Source: Octopus vulgaris
Lineage: Eukaryota
Direction of reading: 5' to 3'
NCBI GenBank assembly: GCA_951406725.2
Contig: OX597815.1
Location: forward strand, 104,532,001-104,596,000
Length of the DNA stretch: 64,000 nucleotides
Shown: in pieces, positions 57,691-64,000 of the stretch
Numbering within the stretch: the first letter of the stretch is position 1
Layout of the letters: each line of letters opens with the position of its first letter
Program-made: the position numbers and the translations under genes
The notes under the pieces: model-generated
Seen by the model: only the letters and a program-made list of their open reading frames with translations
Databases searched by the model: none
What the model was told of the DNA's origin: nothing

Positions 57691-58519
57691 TGCCTGACCC
57701 GGCTGACCTCCCCTGTTTGAAGGTTATAATGGACAAAGGTTCATGGGTCATATAGCTAGCTAGAGGTGATGGCCTCTTGGAGCTAATCAATGGCAGCTTT
57801 AGTCTTATATTTATGGACTGCCATATTAGCTTGGCGATAACTTTTAATGAGAGAACATTGTTTTCTTTATAAATAAGGTTACTCAGACATAGGGGTTTCC
57901 ACCCAATTCTTCTAACTCCTATAGTTCAGGATAACATTGTTCAGATAAATTTTCTGTTACCTAATGAGCAGGCTTGTGACTATGTTTCTAAGTCTTCAAA
58001 TTTGCATATGTTGCTATGCCCTAATTTCTTAAGGATTTCAAAGACCAGCACAGATAATACTGGTTATTTGTCTCATAAGGTACTATGATGTTAAATAGTA
58101 TAACTAAAGGGCAACATAACCTACTGTAGTATATAAAAGTACTTTGTGACCACATTATGTTGCAAGATAGTCATTAACTCTACACTGAGTTCATTTGACA
58201 TTCTACATGTCTTGTTCTTCTCTACAGATATTTTTGCGATAGGCTATACTAGTTGGGGAAAGCCTAGTTGCTAATGACTCAGCCATGATACAAGTTAAAT
58301 TGGATTACATTGTAAGTGGCATTCATTCGAGAACTGACACAACACACGTGCACACACACACGTGCACACACACACACATGTATATGTATATGTATATCAC
58401 TCTATTGACCTGACTGTCAGATGTTTTATACACAGCTGGTGGCAATGTGCTTCTTTACACTGTTAAAGCTTTCAAATAATGCCATTCTGCTGGCTAAGTA
58501 GGCAGGCCAACATATCCTC

Positions 58520-59280
58520 TAAACAGAATGTCAGTCTCTCTCTTTGCTCCTTTGCACCACATGGGCTCAACTCTCCTCCCCACTTCATCTAACCCTCCTC
58601 CTCTCTCCTTTCTTCCTCTCACACCTACTTCCTCCCACCCACCTCTCTTCTCTCTTCACTCCTACCCACCTTCTCCCTTCCAACCTCTCCCTTCATCGTC
58701 ACCCCCTTCCTCATTACCCCACTCCTACACAATCCAACCCCACCATCCCTATACATCCTATCCCACCCCCACCCCATCCCTTAGACCCACCCTTACTTCC
58801 CCACTATCGCCTCCCCTACCCCAACACCACCACACCACACACCACCATACTACACCACACCACATCACACCACCCTGCAAACACTAGCACTGACCACTTC
58901 CTGGCACCTACACCATCATCCACACACCTACACACGCACTCATGCACACGTCAATGTCACCAGCCCCCTTCCACATGCACATTCACGCTATCACAAACAC
59001 ATGCACGTGCATCTTCGTTTTGGGATCACCACTACTTTATTATCTCCCCTTCTTCCTAGTTCTTCTGTGTGACCCCTCTGTCCGGCATTTACCATAATAG
59101 ATCGCTAGCTGCTAAACCTTTTTCTATTTTCTCTCCCTGTTTATTTCTGTGTTCCTTTCTGTCGAAGAGCATGGGCTCGAAACGTAAAAGACTTTCTCAC
59201 TTCCCAAGTGTTAAACTAATACATCTGTTTGTTGTTTACACACCTATCTTTGTCTTTTGTCTTTTTTTGTAAATTCTCCC
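58520..59280 (+). mobile_element. Probable Penelope-like element 3' remnant
   Basis: C-rich decayed sequence with faint PGTY and IFVLG remnants reminiscent of the PLE linker/GIY-YIG end, then a T-rich tail with the hammerhead-like motif, ending at (TC)/(TA)n. Confidence 0.45.
59155..59190 (+). ncRNA. Hammerhead-like motif (minimal type I, non-canonical position 6)
   Basis: CTTT CTGTCGA A GAGC-atgg-GCTC GAAA CGTA AAAG: 4-bp stem I, 4-bp stem II, palindromic ACGT stem III, GUA triplet. The core has U instead of A6 and an extra A after A9. Confidence 0.5.
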
Positions 59281-59314
59281 TCTCTCGCTCTCTCCCTATC
59301 TCTCTCTATATATA

Positions 59315-59345
<31 letters not shown>

Positions 59346-60369
59346 GAGTGTATGTGTGTGTGCATGTATGTGTATCTCTCTATGTATCTATCTATGTATC
59401 TCTCTATGTACCTATCTATCTATGTATCTCTCTATGTACCTATCTATGTATCTCTCTATGTACCTATCTATCTCACTCTCTCTCTTTCTCTCTCTGTCTC
59501 TCTCTCTCTCTACACACATATATATATATACACACAGAGATCTAGATATGTACACAAATATAAATACAATCTATAACTGTCATATAATATATTTTAAATT
59601 GTTATACCTAAGATATTCATATTCATTTCATTTCATTTCATTTCATATTATACTTATTTCATCTGCACTTGGCTTATATGGAAGTTTGTTATCATTGTCA
59701 TGATGATGATAATGATGATGATGATGATCATTATCATCATCATCATCATCATCATTTTATGCCTATTTTTTCAAACTTGCATGTTTTGAACAATGTTTCT
59801 TTGTCATCTCCTCATGAAATCAACCTTCACCACTGCTTCTCACATCTTTTGTCATCTATTTTCAGTCTGAGCTCAGTGCATAGAAATTCAAACAGTTGTT
59901 TTCAATGAATGTTGAATATCCATCCAGTCAGCTTTCCATCCACCTATCTATTTATCTCTGTCTCTGTCTCTGTCTCTGTCTCACTCTCTCTCACTCTCTC
60001 CTTCTCTGCGTATAAACACACATACACACATACACAACCACGCACATACAGAATTGAGAGAGCAAGAGAGAGCATGAGAGTTAGCAGATAAATGGATAGA
60101 TGGACTGACAGTTAAAAATCACACAAGTAAAATGAAGAAGATTATGAAGCAAGGAGGTAACAAACAAACAAATAATATATAAAGACAAACAATTTACACA
60201 GCAGAAGAAGCATAGAGACATAAAGAGAAGAAGCAACAGTCAAAGAAGTGTACAATGGCAATAAATATGCCAAGAAAGAAACAAAAGAGAAACTAATATT
60301 CCAGGTAGTACTCTTTATCAAGGAACAGGAGGAGACTAATAAGAAATAATAATAATGATGATGATGATG

Positions 60370-60401
<32 letters not shown>

Positions 60402-60534
60402 AATAATAATAATAATAATAATGATGTGTACAGTACGTTTCTCTGCCCTAGGTATCAGGAAGACACTCGGCAAGAAATGGAAACAGAATATAAAGAAGAT
60501 GCTAATGAAAATAATGATAAAGATAATAATACGA

Positions 60535-61148
60535 ACAAATGCCCTAGACTTGCCCAAAACCACTACAAGTTGTGGTGACACAACCAGCTAGCAAAAGTGT
60601 TACATTGGAAAATGTGTGAAAAGTGTGGGTTAGAGAGAAGCAAGATGTGATATGAGCACAAACTGCATTGAGTGGCAAAGCTGGAGACTAGCAAAATACT
60701 CTGGAATTTCCCAATCCAAACAGATCAGGTGCTAGAGCATAACAGACCAGACCTAGTGGTGGTGGACAAGGTGCACCACATATGTTATATAGTTGACATT
60801 GCATGCCCCTTTGGCCTATGAATAGTCAAGAAGGAAGGCAAAAAGATAGATAGATAAAACCTTCTTAAGTACAAAATAGCCTGGCTATGGAAAATGAAGA
60901 AGGTGAAAATTGCATCAATTACCAGAAGACATCATGAAAAATATAAAAGAAATTGGAATAGAGAGCTCAGCAGAATTGTTACAGAAAGTTTGCCTCTTTA
61001 GAACAGCCAGAATAATCAGGAAAGTATTATATAGTTGAAAAGAATGAATATCATGGTACTGTAGGCTGCATGTAGTAAGCCCGCTACACATGCAAGATTC
61101 CAGAGACTCCAACAAAACCTGTGATAAAGAGAAAATAATAATAATATC
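60535..61148 (+). mobile_element. R4/Dong-like LINE 3' end (restriction-like endonuclease)
   Basis: CPRLAQNHYK..HNQLAKVLHWKMCEK, ILWNFPIQTDQVLEHNRPDLVVVDK...CYIVDIACPF, LLQKVCLFRTARIIRK; (AAT)n end. Confidence 0.88.
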
Positions 61149-61385
61149 ATAATCTTTTCTACTATAGGCACAAAGCCTTAGATTGTATAGGGAGGGGCTA
61201 GCCAATGACATCGATCCCAGTGCACAACTGTCACTCATTTCCTCAACCCCAAAAGGATGAAAGGTAAAGGTGACCTTGGCAGAATTTCAACATAAGTTTT
61301 CATTTGAACATAAAAACAAATGAAATGCTCAAATCATTTTGTCTGGCATGCTAACAATTCTACCAGCTCACCACATTTTGCCACC

Positions 61386-61437
<52 letters not shown>

Positions 61438-62592
61438 GATGATGAAGAATTGTGACAAATTTTACACAACTTAGATCAATCAGGGCAATAAGATGTTAAA
61501 CTAAGGTATAGGGATTTTTGTAATTGTTTCAACCTTTTCTTATACCTAAGGATGGGTCTTTCTTTGCTGCAGACCCTCTCTTTTTATTGGCCATACAAAA
61601 GAATTTTTCAGAATGGGATCATCTTGCATTCAAATACGTTCTCTCTATTTTAGGCAAAGGTCTGAAAGATTGGGAGAGAGAGAGAGCTAGTCAATTACAT
61701 CAACCCCTGAGTGTAACTGGTATGTGTTTTATTGACCCTGAAGGGATGAAAGGCAATGCTGACCTTGGCAGAATTTGAACTTAAGATGTAAAGTCAGAAG
61801 AAATGTTACTAAGCATTTTGTCCTGCATACTAACTATTCTGCTAGCTCACAACCTTATGATGATGATGATGATGATGATGATATCACCAAAAACAGTAGA
61901 CTTTTATCAATTTCTTCATTTTTTCCCTTGTACACTTCTTGCAATGTTGTTTTGTGCTTTTAATTTCTAGCCTTTTTCAGTCATGTGCTTTGCTTCTTTC
62001 ACTCCTTGCATTATTTACTGGCTTGTGTCCTTGTCTCATAATGTTATTCATTTTCACCATATTTATTGGCAGTCTAATATTGGGGCATATAAAAACATGA
62101 CAGAAAAAAATGGGCATTAGTACACATGGCAATTGAAAATAAGAGGTGTGGGTCCAATTCTCACATGTACTAATACCCATTTTAATAGTCGTGGGTTTAT
62201 ATGCTCAAATGTTAGACTATTTTTTATTGTCAATATATACAGTGGAAATTTATAATTATACTTAGGAAAGGTTTTCACTCATTACTGTTTCTTAACTTAA
62301 ACAGAATATGCACATGTTTACACACTTAATGCCATGAAATCATAGTTCCTATATTTAATGGATGGGTATGTTGATGTAATTGGTAGCACACTCATTGTAA
62401 AAATAAGAGATGTGGGTTCAGTTCCCACATGTACTAATACCTATTTTTCTTCCATTGTGGATTTATAATGCCCCAATATTAGACTATTTTCTATAGTTAG
62501 AATATATGGTGAAAACATATATCTATGAAAACATTTTACTTGTAAACATTTCTTAACATGTGCAGAATTTCTCTCTCCCCCTCTCTCCCTTC

Positions 62593-62649
<57 letters not shown>

Positions 62650-63126
62650 TATATCATGCTAGCATGGACAATGGACGTATGTTAAATGATATATATATAT
62701 ATATATATTGTACAAAGATTGAGTTAGAATCAATGCTATTGGAAACATATGATACCAATGATTTAACTATCCACAACGAAAACTACAGAAAATTGATCAG
62801 TTACATACTCATTCAGGTGAACACATAAGCCAGGCAGAATTTATTTTCACCAGGAAATAGGAGATGGTTATAAGTTCAAAGTTTCTCCTTACTGAAGAAT
62901 GCAACACTCAACAAAGATTAATGATTTGTGACATCAGAGAAACAGCTTGATGGATTCAGAGATAAAAGACAATCTGGAGGAAGATATGGATACTAAAAGA
63001 ATTCTTTGCTAGTTGTAGATTCAAAGAAGTTCTAGTTGGTGCTTATGACAGAAGGGAGGAAACTGAGATTTATAAAGAATATCCTATATGTACATGTGGG
63101 CATATACATACAAATATATATATATA

Positions 63127-64000
63127 TCATCATCATCATCATCATCATCATTTAGCGTCCGTTTTCCATGCTAGCATGGGTTGGACGGTTCAACTGGTGT
63201 CTGGGGAGCCCGAAGGCTGCACCAGGCCAGTCAGATCTGGCAGTGTTTCTACAGCTGGATGCCCTTCCTAACGCCAACCACTCCGAGAGTGTAGTGGGTT
63301 ATTTTATGTGCCACCGACACAGGTGCCAGACGAGGCTGGCGAACGGCCACGCTCGGATGGTGTTTTTATGTGCCACCGACACAGGTGCCAGACGAGGCTG
63401 GCAGACGGCCACGATCGGATGGTGTTTGTTACGTCCCCAAAGCACGGAGGCCAGTCTATGCGGTACTGGCTACGGCCACGTTCGGATGATTTTCTTGTAT
63501 GCCACCGGCACTGGTACCACAAAGATACAAATTCCATTGATGTTCATCTATTTTGATTTGTTTTGATTTGATTTGATTTTCACTTGCCTCAACAGGTCTT
63601 CACAAGTGTCACAAGAAGGAAGGTATGCACAGGTGGACTGACTACGTCCCAGGTAGGGGCCACGGGTTATGGCCTGACTAGTCTTGCCGGGTCTTCGGAT
63701 GGTGTTTTTATGTGCCACCGACACAGGTGCCAGATGAGGCTGGCGAACGGCCACGATCGGATGGTGTTTGTTACGTGCCCAAAGCACGGAGGCCAGTCGA
63801 TGCGGTACTGGCTACGGCCACGTTCGGATGGTTTTCTTGTGTGCCACCGGCACTGGTACCACAAAGATACAAATTCCATTGATGTTCATCTATTTTGATT
63901 TGATTTGATTTGATTTTCACTTGCCTCAACAGGTCTACACAAGTGTCACACACTTGCCTCAACAGGTCTTCACAAGTGTCATAAGTAGGAAGGTATGCAC
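63127..64000 (-). mobile_element. Young family A element with nested internal tandem duplications, running off the window end
   Basis: CpG-rich (cat)n-ttagcgtccgttttccatgctagc tail; ~61-bp unit repeats, and a ~255-bp block duplicated at 63354-63610 and 63696-63948. Confidence 0.85.

Noticed and set aside
58528-59059. Pro/His-rich ORFs (also 1381-1792 and 104-391)
   Set aside because: Low-complexity C-rich decayed repeat sequence with no splice or domain support.

Overview
AT-rich, microsatellite-saturated animal genomic DNA, not a prokaryotic or accessory region. The SINE families and repeat style resemble Octopus/coleoid cephalopods (from recall, no search run). The only host coding sequence I can support is one 98-bp minus-strand exon (21303-21400) encoding the S4 voltage sensor of an HCN (Ih) channel, so the window is probably made up of that gene's very long introns. 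The rest is decayed mobile DNA: RTE, CR1-like and R4/Dong-like LINEs, an internally deleted Gypsy-like LTR element, mariner/Tc1/DD37D/Tigger transposons, a non-autonomous Helitron and several SINE families. Nearly all listed ORFs are microsatellite or TE artefacts. The most notable unexplained signals are: (i) a minimal type-I hammerhead ribozyme at 57648-57690 with a compensated U3-A8 core and palindromic stem III; (ii) a second hammerhead-like motif at 59155-59190 at the end of a Penelope-like remnant; (iii) five unrelated fold-back palindromes that abut or centre on (TA)n; (iv) weak candidate cassette exons upstream of the S4 exon. Repeat boundaries are approximate and read by eye.
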